A stretch of 64,000 nt of DNA from a virus. Positions within the stretch are counted from its first letter, which is position 1. Each line of letters starts with the position of its first letter. The translations under genes and the position numbers were made by a program. Where the stretch lies: positions 8,959-72,958 of the IMG/VR virus record IMGVR_UViG_3300032267_001178; one strand, written 5' to 3'. Shown here piece after piece: positions 29,327 through 39,217 of the stretch. The notes below the pieces were generated by a model that ran no database searches, had not been told where the DNA came from, and saw only the letters and a program-made list of their open reading frames with translations.

Positions 29327-30043
29327 ATGACCCGGGAAGACATATATAACATTATTACGAAGAATGCTGCGGTATCACCTGTCGTAAATGCATTACGTAA
29401 AACAGTACCCGAGGTGCAACCTCGCAAGGATCCTGACGACGATGGGGAAGAATACGCCCCCGTAGGTGTGGACGGGTTACTGGCTGCGACGGAGAAGCTT
29501 CTTGCTGTCAATAGAGGCTTAGAGCCTACGGACGAACGTGACAGCTTGGTATTCAAAAGATTTCATACCACGGATAAGCTTTTGGCGGAGCGCGTAAAGC
29601 TCGATGCTGACAAGACTCGCCAAAAGCTCATGTACATGTCGGCTAAACGCAAAAACCTAAAAATGTTGCATCCATTCATGTTTGATGGGTACGCAAATGG
29701 TATGCTTCTGGGTAATCCCCTCAGTGCGCCTTTGGAGGAGATAAACCCTCTACATTTAATGGAGCAGTCCAGGAGAGCGACCCAGATGGGACCAGGGGGT
29801 ATTGGTAGTGACCAGGCAATTACTGAAGATATGCAGGCCATTCATGGATCTCAGTTCGGATTCTTGTCTACGCTTGAAGGTCCAGAATCGGAAAAGATCG
29901 GTATCGACACGCGGATGGCGTGGGGAACTAAGATCGGTTCTGACGGGAAACTATACCAACTTTTCCGTCAAAGAAGTACCGGCAAATTAAAGTACATGAG
30001 CCCAGAAGATCTGGATGGAAAGACTTTGAAATTGCCTGATTAA
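29327..30043 (+). CDS. Multisubunit RNA polymerase beta-like subunit, middle fragment (fork / GPGG region).
   Basis: TDERDSLVFKRFHTTDKLLAERV (cf. DHLGNRRIRSVGE..ENQFR) and RRATQMGPGGIGSDQAITEDMQAIHGSQFGFLSTLEGPESEKIGI (cf. [44 protein letters not shown]). Confidence 0.75.
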   Translation: MTREDIYNIITKNAAVSPVVNALRKTVPEVQPRKDPDDDGEEYAPVGVDGLLAATEKLLAVNRGLEPTDERDSLVFKRFHTTDKLLAERVKLDADKTRQKLMYMSAKRKNLKMLHPFMFDGYANGMLLGNPLSAPLEEINPLHLMEQSRRATQMGPGGIGSDQAITEDMQAIHGSQFGFLSTLEGPESEKIGIDTRMAWGTKIGSDGKLYQLFRQRSTGKLKYMSPEDLDGKTLKLPD

Positions 30044-30050
30044 AAATTGT

Positions 30051-30917
30051 TTGCCTTTTCCTGCAGGTTCCTTTAAGTTGAGTTATCACCGCACGAACAG
30101 TTTAAATATAATGACTATTAAAAACATTTCTGGAAAAACCCTTACACTTAGTTTTGGGCGCTACACGCACACTGTTGCGTCGAATGGGACGCTGACTTTA
30201 GCGGAAGATCCTAAGACCATTGCTAATGTTTCGGATTATTTTTCTCGTGGGCTTATCCAGGTCGTGAAAGGTCCTGCGATTTCGGATTTGGGTACTGCCG
30301 CGGTGACTCCAAGTCATATTCTTGTCCACGTCAAGGCTGCTGGTACTGACGGCGACTATATCACCTTCACTCTCCCTGGAAAATCTCCTCAAATATTTGA
30401 GCTGAATAGCAACGGGGCGCTCACGATTGCAGATGCAACTTCTGTGACTATCGGAGCTAACGCTGGCGCTACGGCCGCCAACCTCAAAACAGCTTTTAAC
30501 GCTAACACCGTGCTTACTGCCGCGGGGTTTGAAGCTGATGAAGTTGTCAACCACACAACTGGTACGGTTGAGTCCTGGGTACTCGTAAAGGCGACTGGAA
30601 ACGTAGCGGCTACTGCTGTTACCGTTGAATCTTCTGTCACCGCGCGCTTCGCGGTCAGCACGGTCGCGGCAAACACCAACGAAACGCTCGGGCAGCAGAT
30701 TATTTATGTTCCTGCCGTGAATGGTACTACTCTGGTAGTGAAGACCGGATTTACTACGATCGTGCACTATACTGCGATTACTCTGAACGCTGATGGTACT
30801 ACTCTTAGTTATGACGGTACGAAGACCGTCACGGGCGGGTGCATTTTCTTTGATGACAACAATAGTACGGATCTTGCGTCGACTTCGCAGGTTATTGTCA
30901 TCGCTTACGGGCGTTAA
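30051..30917 (+). CDS. Hypothetical beta-rich (Thr/Val/Ala/Gly-rich) protein, possibly a virion component. An internal ATG at 30111 is also a possible start.
   Basis: 288-aa ORF with Ig-like or fibre-like composition. Confidence 0.4.
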   Translation: MPFPAGSFKLSYHRTNSLNIMTIKNISGKTLTLSFGRYTHTVASNGTLTLAEDPKTIANVSDYFSRGLIQVVKGPAISDLGTAAVTPSHILVHVKAAGTDGDYITFTLPGKSPQIFELNSNGALTIADATSVTIGANAGATAANLKTAFNANTVLTAAGFEADEVVNHTTGTVESWVLVKATGNVAATAVTVESSVTARFAVSTVAANTNETLGQQIIYVPAVNGTTLVVKTGFTTIVHYTAITLNADGTTLSYDGTKTVTGGCIFFDDNNSTDLASTSQVIVIAYGR

Positions 30918-30950
30918 TGTTTAGATTGTAACCAACCACTATAATCATTT

Positions 30951-31151
30951 ATGAATCCCCAAGAAGAACAATTAAAGCAAGCTTACGCGCTTATCTCCGC
31001 GGCTAGACAGCACGGATTTATCACCCACCTCCACGCGATGGGTAAGTCCGCCAACGAAATCGCGCATCTGCACGATCGTTACGTACAGGACTCGGTAGCT
31101 CGTGATCAATACCTCCACGGGCTTCGTGAAGCCATTAGTGGCGGTGAATAA
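30951..31151 (+). CDS. Small hypothetical protein.
   Basis: 66-aa ORF. Confidence 0.3.
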   Translation: MNPQEEQLKQAYALISAARQHGFITHLHAMGKSANEIAHLHDRYVQDSVARDQYLHGLREAISGGE

Positions 31152-31190
31152 TTGATTCAAAATTATCTTGTGCGTTTAACGCATGCGATT

Positions 31191-31218
31191 AACCTCAGGT
31201 AACCCTGAGGTTATTTTG
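31191..31218 (+). terminator. Candidate terminator hairpin.
   Basis: AACCTCAGG-taac-CCTGAGGTT followed by ATTTTG. Confidence 0.45.
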
Positions 31219-31221
31219 CGT

Positions 31222-31941
31222 ATGTATGTTGATAATCCAAAAGACCGTGCCGTGACTTGTTTTCTGGCGGTACTGTTTGAGTATAAAGCCAAAAATAAAC
31301 TGTCGATCAATGGTTTAGCTAAGCGCCTTCAAATGTCCGAAGGGACATTGCGCCAATGGAAGTCGAAGAAATTTCAACCTACGTATCGCAGCATGGAGCG
31401 CTGCGCCAGGCGGATAGGTAAAAATCTACCGGACATAGTGGGTGACCCTGATTTTCTTAAACGCCCAGAATCGCACGCCAAGAGGCCTACTTACGATAGG
31501 CTTCGGAGCAAATACCAAGAGTATTCCAAAGTGCACGATTTTATCCGCGCGGACACTGTACTGGAGTCACTGGTTAGTTTGTTCTTCCACCACCTGCACG
31601 AGCTAGGACTCCCCGTACGGCTTGTATTCGATGGTACGGCTTATCAAGTAAACCACGTCATTCACGTAGAAGTAGGAAGTATCGAACTGGGATGTTTCAA
31701 CTATGCAGCCAGGCTTTGGGGTTATGACAACAAGATACAGGCCGCAGCCCTGCGTTACATGCCCGGTAACTATTCCCAGGACAATAGTATTTTGTATCAA
31801 GGTGCTTTCTCCAAGGGATTCACAAAAAACTTTCTTGCAGACTGTATGGAGGAGAAAAATAAATATGCTGCCGGACTCAAAGTGGTTGCCCGCCCACCAA
31901 GACTGGACCAGGCTGAAATTATTCCTGTCGAGATACGGTGA
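31222..31941 (+). CDS. Hypothetical protein. The start was moved downstream of the hairpin.
   Basis: ORF MYVDNPKDRAV...; the track start at 31183 lies within the hairpin. Confidence 0.4.
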   Translation: MYVDNPKDRAVTCFLAVLFEYKAKNKLSINGLAKRLQMSEGTLRQWKSKKFQPTYRSMERCARRIGKNLPDIVGDPDFLKRPESHAKRPTYDRLRSKYQEYSKVHDFIRADTVLESLVSLFFHHLHELGLPVRLVFDGTAYQVNHVIHVEVGSIELGCFNYAARLWGYDNKIQAAALRYMPGNYSQDNSILYQGAFSKGFTKNFLADCMEEKNKYAAGLKVVARPPRLDQAEIIPVEIR

Positions 31942-31969
31942 TTGGTAAAATAAATATCTTAATATCAGA

Positions 31970-32482
31970 ATGTTAAATTCTCAGTCTATAGATCCTCGTA
32001 CGGACAATGCACCACAAATGGTACGTGTACGTGAACAACAGAAATTAAAACTTATGACGACTGATGCGGATGACGCTGCGCTACCTCCCGACACAGATTT
32101 AAGTGATGTCGAGCGTGTGCAGCATTTACCCAAATCTATACCCAACGCAGCGTTCACCTCGACTAGTAAGGATCCGTTGGAGATATTTTCCAGTCTACTC
32201 AAAGAGTATGGAGAGCATAAAGATGTCAGGGTAAGGACGTCGATAGGTGTTATTACACTCAAAGCGCTACATGTATCCATCAACCCTACAGGCGTAGGAC
32301 TCATCTTGTCGAAAGATGATACGCAGATTGAACCTGCTTTCGGTACAGAGCTGACACTGGAAATCGAGAAGCAAACACTAGAAGTGATTTACGGGGGTGG
32401 TCTCTTTACCTTTAAGCAAATACCTGTTACATTCCTTTCGTTCTTCCGTGTCAATACCCCGGAAGAAAAAACTCCTGCGTAA
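31970..32482 (+). CDS. Hypothetical protein.
   Basis: 170-aa ORF. Confidence 0.4.
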   Translation: MLNSQSIDPRTDNAPQMVRVREQQKLKLMTTDADDAALPPDTDLSDVERVQHLPKSIPNAAFTSTSKDPLEIFSSLLKEYGEHKDVRVRTSIGVITLKALHVSINPTGVGLILSKDDTQIEPAFGTELTLEIEKQTLEVIYGGGLFTFKQIPVTFLSFFRVNTPEEKTPA

Positions 32483-32711
32483 AAAACATATGGAAAAGAA
32501 TGCCCGCGTAGAAATAGGACGTACCCCCTCGATTCATTCTGGACGACCTTCAGATGTCGAGCACGAAGGTGAAACTGTGTGCAAAGATGAGTTACGTAAG
32601 AAAGCTTCTTTGTCCGAAACCGATTCTGATTTGTTTTTAGTAAAACCTACCACTTCCCAATCCGATGATTTACGGGAGTGGGCAGGCCTTGATTGATATA
32701 CCCTAAATAAT

Positions 32712-34511
32712 ATGGCAGCCAACGGCGATTATCTGGCCCCTTTCACAAACGGAACAACGGGAAAGCAATTTAGCGATCCCTTCATGTTGCCGTCTAATGC
32801 TTCGTTTCCAACTGAGTTGGAGACTGCTTTGGATTTCTGTTTATACCTTTATTACATGAACCCTCAGTATCGGAGGGCTTCCATACGAGTGGTCAGCCAC
32901 TTCGTTACTGACGTTAACTTCACTGGCGAAGCCGGGGACGAACGTGAGCGGGACGAGTTGAGAAAATTCTTAGCTACCGATCTGGACCTCTGGGGTACGA
33001 TGTTGGAGCTGGGAGAAGAGTGGGCGGCTTACGGTAATGGATTCGTACGCCTGGATTTTCCCTTCAACCGCTTTTTACGCGACCCCCGAGGTAAGTACAA
33101 AGAATATGATTTGAGCATGTTCCCTACCTCCAAGGTCAAGTACCACTGGAAGGAGATGGTGTACGAGGTTCCAGACCCCATGCATACTCCGAATGGTGGC
33201 AGTGCCCAAAAGACGATTAAACTGAAGTTTATCGATCGTCCAGTTAAGGACATGTCCAAGATTAGATTCCACAAGCTGGATCCCAGATACGTTACTCTCC
33301 AGCATTCTTGGACTAGTAAGCGTACGCAAGTCATTTGGCGCTTTGAGCCCGAGCTGGCTAAGGCTGTAAAAGACGGCACGCTATATCAAGTCAATGATCT
33401 TCCGATGCCTATGCTTCAAGCTATTGCGGAAGACAAAGACTTCCTGTTTAAGGAGCATCAGATTTTCCATCTCAAGGCGCCCACTATTTCAGGTATATCG
33501 AATTACGGTTGGGGGCTTCCGGAGATCATCGCTAATTACAGATCCATACACCAATTGCAAGTTTACAAGAAAATCGACGAAGTGGTGGGCATGGACTACA
33601 TGCTTCCTTTCCGTATTTTCTCTCCACAGGTGAGTGGTAATGTGCAAGATGCGACCATTCAAACCTTGTTCGGACCTTACCGGGCAGAGATGAGTCGGAT
33701 GATCAAGGAGCGCAGGAAGGATCCCTTCTCAATGTACGCCCTGCCCTTCCCGGTTACTTATCAAGAGGTGGGATCACAAGGCAAATCCTTGACGCCTAAG
33801 GATTTGATGGAGTTCCAAGTGAATGATCTCCTGGACTCCATGGGTTACCCAGCGGAGCTTTTCCGTGGGTCCCTGCAAGTACAGCAGGTGCCTACGGCTC
33901 TTCGTCTGTTCGAGAATAGCTTTCACTTCCTACATCGTGGATTCGACCGTCTACTGAAGTGGACCACAGAGCGTGTTCTGGACTATATGGGACGTGAGCA
34001 AATTGGTGTGAGCCTTCAGCTTCCCAGAATGGCTGATGATCTTGAGAAGAGAAGCATTTACATGCAACTTGCGGCTGGGGCCGAAATCCCGCGACAAGTG
34101 GCGTACCGCCCTCTGGGCATCGACGACCCTGTCGAAGCTGCACGTCAACGCGCACAGGAAGATGCGGAGATCCAGAAAGAGGTTTCCAAAATTCAGCAGC
34201 AAGCCCAGAAGGAAATGCAGGAAGGTTCTATGGAGGGCGTTATTGCGGCACAACAAGCAGGTGGCGGTGGTGCTCCTGGTGGGGGTGGCGGTCCTGTCGG
34301 CAGCGGAAACCCTGTACGACTTCAGGAGGAAGCAATGTCTATTGCTCAAGAACTTATCGCTGCTGCGGATCCACAGGTAACTCGCCAAAAGCTAGCGGAG
34401 TTGGCAGTGAATCCAAATATGGAAGCTCTGGTGCGGAAATTCATGGAGGACATTCGCAGAGATGCGGCATCCCAAGGCCGCGCTTCGGCACCTCAAATGG
34501 TGCAAGGGTAA
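32712..34511 (+). CDS. Large hypothetical protein (599 aa), a possible virion structural protein of portal size. Its function is not supported by any motif.
   Basis: Long ORF with a C-terminal Gly-rich tract GGGGAPGGGGGPVGSG, followed by Gly-zipper and acidic proteins. Confidence 0.45.
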   Translation: MAANGDYLAPFTNGTTGKQFSDPFMLPSNASFPTELETALDFCLYLYYMNPQYRRASIRVVSHFVTDVNFTGEAGDERERDELRKFLATDLDLWGTMLELGEEWAAYGNGFVRLDFPFNRFLRDPRGKYKEYDLSMFPTSKVKYHWKEMVYEVPDPMHTPNGGSAQKTIKLKFIDRPVKDMSKIRFHKLDPRYVTLQHSWTSKRTQVIWRFEPELAKAVKDGTLYQVNDLPMPMLQAIAEDKDFLFKEHQIFHLKAPTISGISNYGWGLPEIIANYRSIHQLQVYKKIDEVVGMDYMLPFRIFSPQVSGNVQDATIQTLFGPYRAEMSRMIKERRKDPFSMYALPFPVTYQEVGSQGKSLTPKDLMEFQVNDLLDSMGYPAELFRGSLQVQQVPTALRLFENSFHFLHRGFDRLLKWTTERVLDYMGREQIGVSLQLPRMADDLEKRSIYMQLAAGAEIPRQVAYRPLGIDDPVEAARQRAQEDAEIQKEVSKIQQQAQKEMQEGSMEGVIAAQQAGGGGAPGGGGGPVGSGNPVRLQEEAMSIAQELIAAADPQVTRQKLAELAVNPNMEALVRKFMEDIRRDAASQGRASAPQMVQG

Positions 34512-34516
34512 TAAAC

Positions 34517-34843
34517 TTGGTTTTCGAAGAATTCGCTGTATACTTTCTAATGCAAATTCGAAGCGAAGCTCTTAGGAAAGCCTATGTTAGCGTAAAGGCC
34601 GCTGCAGTGGCCCGGACAATTCGACAAGTAGCTAAGACAACTCGCATGTCTGGGGGCAGCACACCGCACCCCACGCAAGATAACATCAGGGGCATTCCCA
34701 ACTCCCCGCGCAACTCCGACGAAACGGACCCGCAACGCCCCACGCAGCACTTGTTACCCACAGACCCGGAATTTAATACGGACCAGATTATTACAGGTAA
34801 TGGTTATGGTCCTTCATTGGAACGTAAACGGCAGTATCTTTGA
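34517..34843 (+). CDS. Hypothetical protein.
   Basis: 108-aa ORF. Confidence 0.3.
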   Translation: MVFEEFAVYFLMQIRSEALRKAYVSVKAAAVARTIRQVAKTTRMSGGSTPHPTQDNIRGIPNSPRNSDETDPQRPTQHLLPTDPEFNTDQIITGNGYGPSLERKRQYL

Positions 34844-35982
34844 TGAAAGGTCTACACAAGCAAGCTGAAATTTCTCAAACGGCGACCGCGGTGGGCGCTT
34901 TGGCTCTACCGCTAGTAGCGGACTCTGTCTTGTCTGCGGCTATGGGCCCTGGTGCCTATACGAAAGTAAAAGATCCTCATTCTTCCTTGAAAAGGGAGAC
35001 ACTGATGTACACCCCTGTAGCGGAGGCTACAGAACGTGTGCGGCAAGGTAAAGGATCTATGCTTGACCACATGCAGGCATATCGGCACCCGCTGCAGCCC
35101 CAAGCTAATCCAGCATATGCCATAGGGAACAAACTCGGCCCAGGTATTTTGTCCGGGGTTTCCAAGGCTTCGGATTTTTTATGGGGGCAAGGTTATGGGC
35201 AGAGTGGTGCTGCTGGAGCGGCTACGGGTACAGTCGCTGGTTTGCTGTTGAATGCCGTGCTTCGAGCGCAAGGCAAGTCGGAAATGCCCTACTGGCAATC
35301 AGCACTGCTTGGGGCTGGGATTGGGGGTGCTGCAGGTTTGGGGGGTTCACATCACCGCCAGTATTATCAAAATAAGTTCCCCAAATACGCTCCCGAAAGT
35401 AACCCGACCTTACCGGTACAAGCTCCGATCGGTGCGCCGTCTGCGGATACCCCCAGATACTTACCCGGCAGTGGTGCAGAATTCAGTTCTCCCCAACAAA
35501 CATCTACTCAAGGGGCACAGCCTAAGTTTTTAGGCATCCCTGCAGGGGATCTCATTGAGAAGCTGCGTTCTTTGCGTGACAAATTTCAGCCGCCGCCTCC
35601 CTCCCAACTGCAAAAAGCTTCTGCTTGGCGTAGTCCTGAAATGAATACGCAAGCAGCGCAAGCTTCTGTACGCTCTCTGATGTCTATGCTCCAAGCTGCG
35701 CCTGGGTTGTCGTTCAATCAGCGGGCACAGTTAATGTCAGGGGTAAGTTCTCTTGACGCAAATTCTGCCCGCGAGCTTCAACGCCTCGTTTCAATGTCCG
35801 GTGGTGCGGCTATTGGTGTAATCGTCGCAAGGTTCCTGATGGGTAAAGGACTAGGCGCCACGGTTCTCGGGGCTATGCTAGGCGGTGTTATGGGTAATGC
35901 TTTATTTGGAAATTCCCAACCTCGCACCTCTACAGGAAGGCCCTCTATGTCTGGGATTGATTTTAGTGGGAGAAGGTTTTAA
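34840..35982 (+). CDS. Hypothetical Gly/Ala-rich protein with glycine-zipper hydrophobic segments.
   Basis: GAAGAATGTVAGLLLNAV, LLGAGIGGAAGLGG and VLGAMLGGVMGNALFG GxxxG-type tracts. Confidence 0.4.
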   Translation: MMKGLHKQAEISQTATAVGALALPLVADSVLSAAMGPGAYTKVKDPHSSLKRETLMYTPVAEATERVRQGKGSMLDHMQAYRHPLQPQANPAYAIGNKLGPGILSGVSKASDFLWGQGYGQSGAAGAATGTVAGLLLNAVLRAQGKSEMPYWQSALLGAGIGGAAGLGGSHHRQYYQNKFPKYAPESNPTLPVQAPIGAPSADTPRYLPGSGAEFSSPQQTSTQGAQPKFLGIPAGDLIEKLRSLRDKFQPPPPSQLQKASAWRSPEMNTQAAQASVRSLMSMLQAAPGLSFNQRAQLMSGVSSLDANSARELQRLVSMSGGAAIGVIVARFLMGKGLGATVLGAMLGGVMGNALFGNSQPRTSTGRPSMSGIDFSGRRF

Positions 35983-35993
35983 CTTATAGCTCA

Positions 35994-36629
35994 ATGGAAA
36001 CTCACTCATATCGTTTAGGGATGGCTGTCGCCGCTGCTGTGTCGGGTTGCGATCCGGAGGAAGTGCTGTATAAAAAAGCTACTACGGAAACAATCTCAAA
36101 CCACCAGCTACCTGGTTACGGTGCGGTGCAGCGTATGATGTGTAAGTATGCCGCTGATGCTTACCGTAACTCGGGGAATATGGATAAATTGGCATTCCAT
36201 GTATACTCGGAGCTTGCTGAAGCAAATCCGTGGTGGCCGACACTTGATAACTATTACGATGCTGCAGTTTCGGCTGTCGGCAAAGTGCATCAAACCATAC
36301 GTAAGGAAGCAATGGTCACTGATAACGATCTTCGTTTTGAAAAATCTGCGATGGGTCCTGCTACGGCGACTGCATCTGCGCTGTTTAACTTAACACCTCA
36401 GGCAATAAAATCGATTCTTGCTTTAGGGGCGGCTACCGGAGTGGGCGGTGGGGCCTTGACTTGGCTGGCTAACCGCAGTATTGCTGAAGATGAGCCTAAG
36501 CTGGAAGCAATGAGGCAAAAGGTAGATTATTACAACCAGCTGACGGATGAAATTGAAGCCCAGCTTGCAGCGAAAAAAAGCCCTGTTTCAGAAAAAGAGC
36601 TGTCGCGCATTACCAGGGATATTATTTGA
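35994..36629 (+). CDS. Hypothetical protein.
   Basis: 211-aa ORF. Confidence 0.4.
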   Translation: METHSYRLGMAVAAAVSGCDPEEVLYKKATTETISNHQLPGYGAVQRMMCKYAADAYRNSGNMDKLAFHVYSELAEANPWWPTLDNYYDAAVSAVGKVHQTIRKEAMVTDNDLRFEKSAMGPATATASALFNLTPQAIKSILALGAATGVGGGALTWLANRSIAEDEPKLEAMRQKVDYYNQLTDEIEAQLAAKKSPVSEKELSRITRDII

Positions 36630-36658
36630 ATTAGAATGTTATTTTTTTACCCTGTAAT

Positions 36659-37156
36659 ATGAATGCTGTTTTGACGCCAGAAGAGTTAGAAGAAATTGAT
36701 ACGCATTTTGATTTGGGAGGGGGCGTAGCAAAAGATCCTTCCGCGTTGCACTTCGGACAGGTTGTTCCTGAAGAGTTGTTGCCGCAAGAGGAGCCTTCTT
36801 TAGAATACGAATACACCCCAGAGAGCAAAGCCTCACGCGACCCTGCGCGTCCGTACGACTTCTTCCTGGGGGAGGGAAATCAGAAGGAGTATTCGGACGA
36901 TCCGTCTTACGCGGACCAATATACGAGATATCCTGAGACCGTAAGGAAGGTAGGGCCCTTAATGGAGGTATTCGACCTCGCCAGCCCGGACAGTGTACTT
37001 GAGCTAAATAAGCTTATGGCCGGAGCACAGTCACATCATGCTCCCAGGTCTATGGTATTGATCCTGGACAAGCAATGGAGTGAAAAGACTGCAAATTGGA
37101 AAATTCTAGCACAAGTATACAAATTCAAGTATCTTAAGATCGTAGAAAAGAACTAA
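36659..37156 (+). CDS. Hypothetical acidic protein.
   Basis: 165-aa ORF. Confidence 0.4.
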   Translation: MNAVLTPEELEEIDTHFDLGGGVAKDPSALHFGQVVPEELLPQEEPSLEYEYTPESKASRDPARPYDFFLGEGNQKEYSDDPSYADQYTRYPETVRKVGPLMEVFDLASPDSVLELNKLMAGAQSHHAPRSMVLILDKQWSEKTANWKILAQVYKFKYLKIVEKN

Positions 37157-37166
37157 CCACACCAAC

Positions 37167-38498
37167 ATGGATCCTAGAGATAAACAAAAAATCGTCAAGC
37201 TTCTCACGGGCGGAGCTGCCGCAGGTACTTCTGTGGGGCTTTCAATCGCCTTGGCCAATTTTTTGAATTCTCTTTCCAAGGAGACTAAAACTCAAACTGG
37301 CGCGGACGACGATGTTTTGTATATCGATTTGCCCGCCGACGGTACCGCGAAAAAGGCTACTGCGGCGACTGCGGTTGGCTTGACTGGGGCGGTACTTACA
37401 GGCTTAGGCTCGCTTGCCTTGGTACGGGAGATTCAACAGCGTATCAAGCAGCGTGAGCTGCAACAGCGACTGGATAATGCGCAAGTCGCATACACTAAAA
37501 GAATCCTAGAGGAGGCAGAGGCGCAGAAAACGAAAAAAGCCTCCGATGCCCCGGGTGCACCTATATATCCTGGCGATGCTACATTGGCTACGCCGATAGC
37601 TGGTTTATTGCTTACGATGCTCGCCAGTGGTGCGCTTACGTACAAGGGACTTAACAAATATTTTCCAGGTGCCAAACCACCAAAGTCCATTGGTCCTAAG
37701 CGTGTAGTTGTTCGTCGAAAAGCAACCGAAAATCCCGAAGAAGATACTGAGGAGAGTATGTCCGAAGACGATATGTACAAGGCTTCCAGCATGGACGACG
37801 ACGCGCTGGAATCTTTGGTGAAAATTGCCATGAGCAATTCTTCTGCACATTCGGATTTGCGCGACATCGTTCATGCAGTCGCCCAGGGTAGGCATCAGGA
37901 AATTTGCGAGCATGGTCTGAGTCTGGGGGTCGAGAGCATGTTTGACGTAGTCAAGTCTGCTTCCTCTAAGGTTACGGATGCTTCTCGTATACAAATGGCG
38001 GTCACGCGTTGCGTGAAGTCTGCCTATCTGCGTCCCATTGTTGAAACATTGGCCTGCGCTGAGTTTTATGATATGGCGCCTGCTAGCGTGAAGCTGGCTT
38101 CTAGCTTTAGCGAAGAATCCAGGGACGCGTTGGTAAAGATTGCCGCTATTCTCGGCACGAGCGACCGTTATAGTTTTTGGTCCGAAAAATTAGGGGACGA
38201 GGAATTTTCCAAAGTGGCATCGATGGCTTTACCGGCCGCCGAGGATCCTGAGCTGGCATCGCTGCTGGATGAGGCTTTATTTGAAGAAGATCCTACGCAA
38301 ACTCCTATCAACATAGAGACCGAATCTGACATGTCTGAATCCCAATCAGACGCAGACGAGGATTATGAGGAGCAAGCTGAGGATGCTCGGGCAGACGAGC
38401 GTGAGGCCGAAGACGAAGATGCTGTAGATTCTTTGATGGGTAGTATCGCCGGAGGCGAAGGGCAATGGGCAGAAAACAAGCCAGAAGACTTAGAGTAA
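37167..38498 (+). CDS. Hypothetical protein with Gly-zipper segments, a coiled coil and a highly acidic C-terminus.
   Basis: LLTGGAAAGTSVGLSIALANFL; a coiled coil QQRIKQRELQQRLDNAQ; C-terminal DADEDYEEQAEDARADEREAEDEDAVD. Confidence 0.4.
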   Translation: MDPRDKQKIVKLLTGGAAAGTSVGLSIALANFLNSLSKETKTQTGADDDVLYIDLPADGTAKKATAATAVGLTGAVLTGLGSLALVREIQQRIKQRELQQRLDNAQVAYTKRILEEAEAQKTKKASDAPGAPIYPGDATLATPIAGLLLTMLASGALTYKGLNKYFPGAKPPKSIGPKRVVVRRKATENPEEDTEESMSEDDMYKASSMDDDALESLVKIAMSNSSAHSDLRDIVHAVAQGRHQEICEHGLSLGVESMFDVVKSASSKVTDASRIQMAVTRCVKSAYLRPIVETLACAEFYDMAPASVKLASSFSEESRDALVKIAAILGTSDRYSFWSEKLGDEEFSKVASMALPAAEDPELASLLDEALFEEDPTQTPINIETESDMSESQSDADEDYEEQAEDARADEREAEDEDAVDSLMGSIAGGEGQWAENKPEDLE

Positions 38499-38986
38499 AA
38501 CTCTCGGATCTTTCCTCCGAGGCTATCGAGCAGATCACTGATAAAGATTTGCTGGAAGATGCCGTGTCGAAACATGGGAGGATAAAAGTGTCGAAGGCTT
38601 CCGAGCGTACGGTGGGAGGTATTGTTTTCGCCTCAAAACTTGAGGCAAAGTTCTACACGATCTTAAAACAAAACATTCCCGAAGGACATCTACACCTTCA
38701 ACCTGAGTTCCAGTTACAGGAAGGATTTCGTGATGTGGATGGGGCGGCAATTCGTTCCATAACTTACAAATCAGATTTCTTACTGGGACCAGAAAGAAAA
38801 AATGCCACAGATCCCGTACATCCCGGCAATGTGGTCATTGACGCCAAGGGCCATCTGACTGATGTGTTCCGAATTAAGGCTAAAATGTTTTCTTATAAGT
38901 ACAGAACCCGCCTGGTGTTGGTCAAAAATATCAAGACACTCCAGCAGGTTATGGACGAATATTTGAATAAAATACACCGTAAATAA
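38465..38986 (+). CDS. Hypothetical protein.
   Basis: 173-aa ORF. Confidence 0.4.
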   Translation: MGRKQARRLRVKLSDLSSEAIEQITDKDLLEDAVSKHGRIKVSKASERTVGGIVFASKLEAKFYTILKQNIPEGHLHLQPEFQLQEGFRDVDGAAIRSITYKSDFLLGPERKNATDPVHPGNVVIDAKGHLTDVFRIKAKMFSYKYRTRLVLVKNIKTLQQVMDEYLNKIHRK

Positions 38987-38995
38987 TATCTGTTT

Positions 38996-39217
38996 ATGGC
39001 CAAGTTACCACCGCATGTGGTCAGCATGATGGTGTATTGTCATCGCTGCAAAACTACACAACATGTGTTGCAGCCTGAAAAAAAGTTAGCTTATTGCCTA
39101 GAGCCTGCTAACGAAGATATCAATGACATGCAATTGAAACTATCGTTTCAATGCCCCGCATGTCAGACCAAATTAAAAATTGTTTTATGCGAATCGAATC
39201 CGAATACGAGAAAATGA
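38996..39217 (+). CDS. Small zinc-ribbon protein.
   Basis: CHRCKTT...CPACQTK. Confidence 0.45.
   Translation: MAKLPPHVVSMMVYCHRCKTTQHVLQPEKKLAYCLEPANEDINDMQLKLSFQCPACQTKLKIVLCESNPNTRK

Noticed and set aside
32712-34511. Confident portal-protein assignment for the 599-aa ORF.
   Set aside because: Only size and neighbourhood support it. No portal motif can be recognised by eye, so it is reported as hypothetical.
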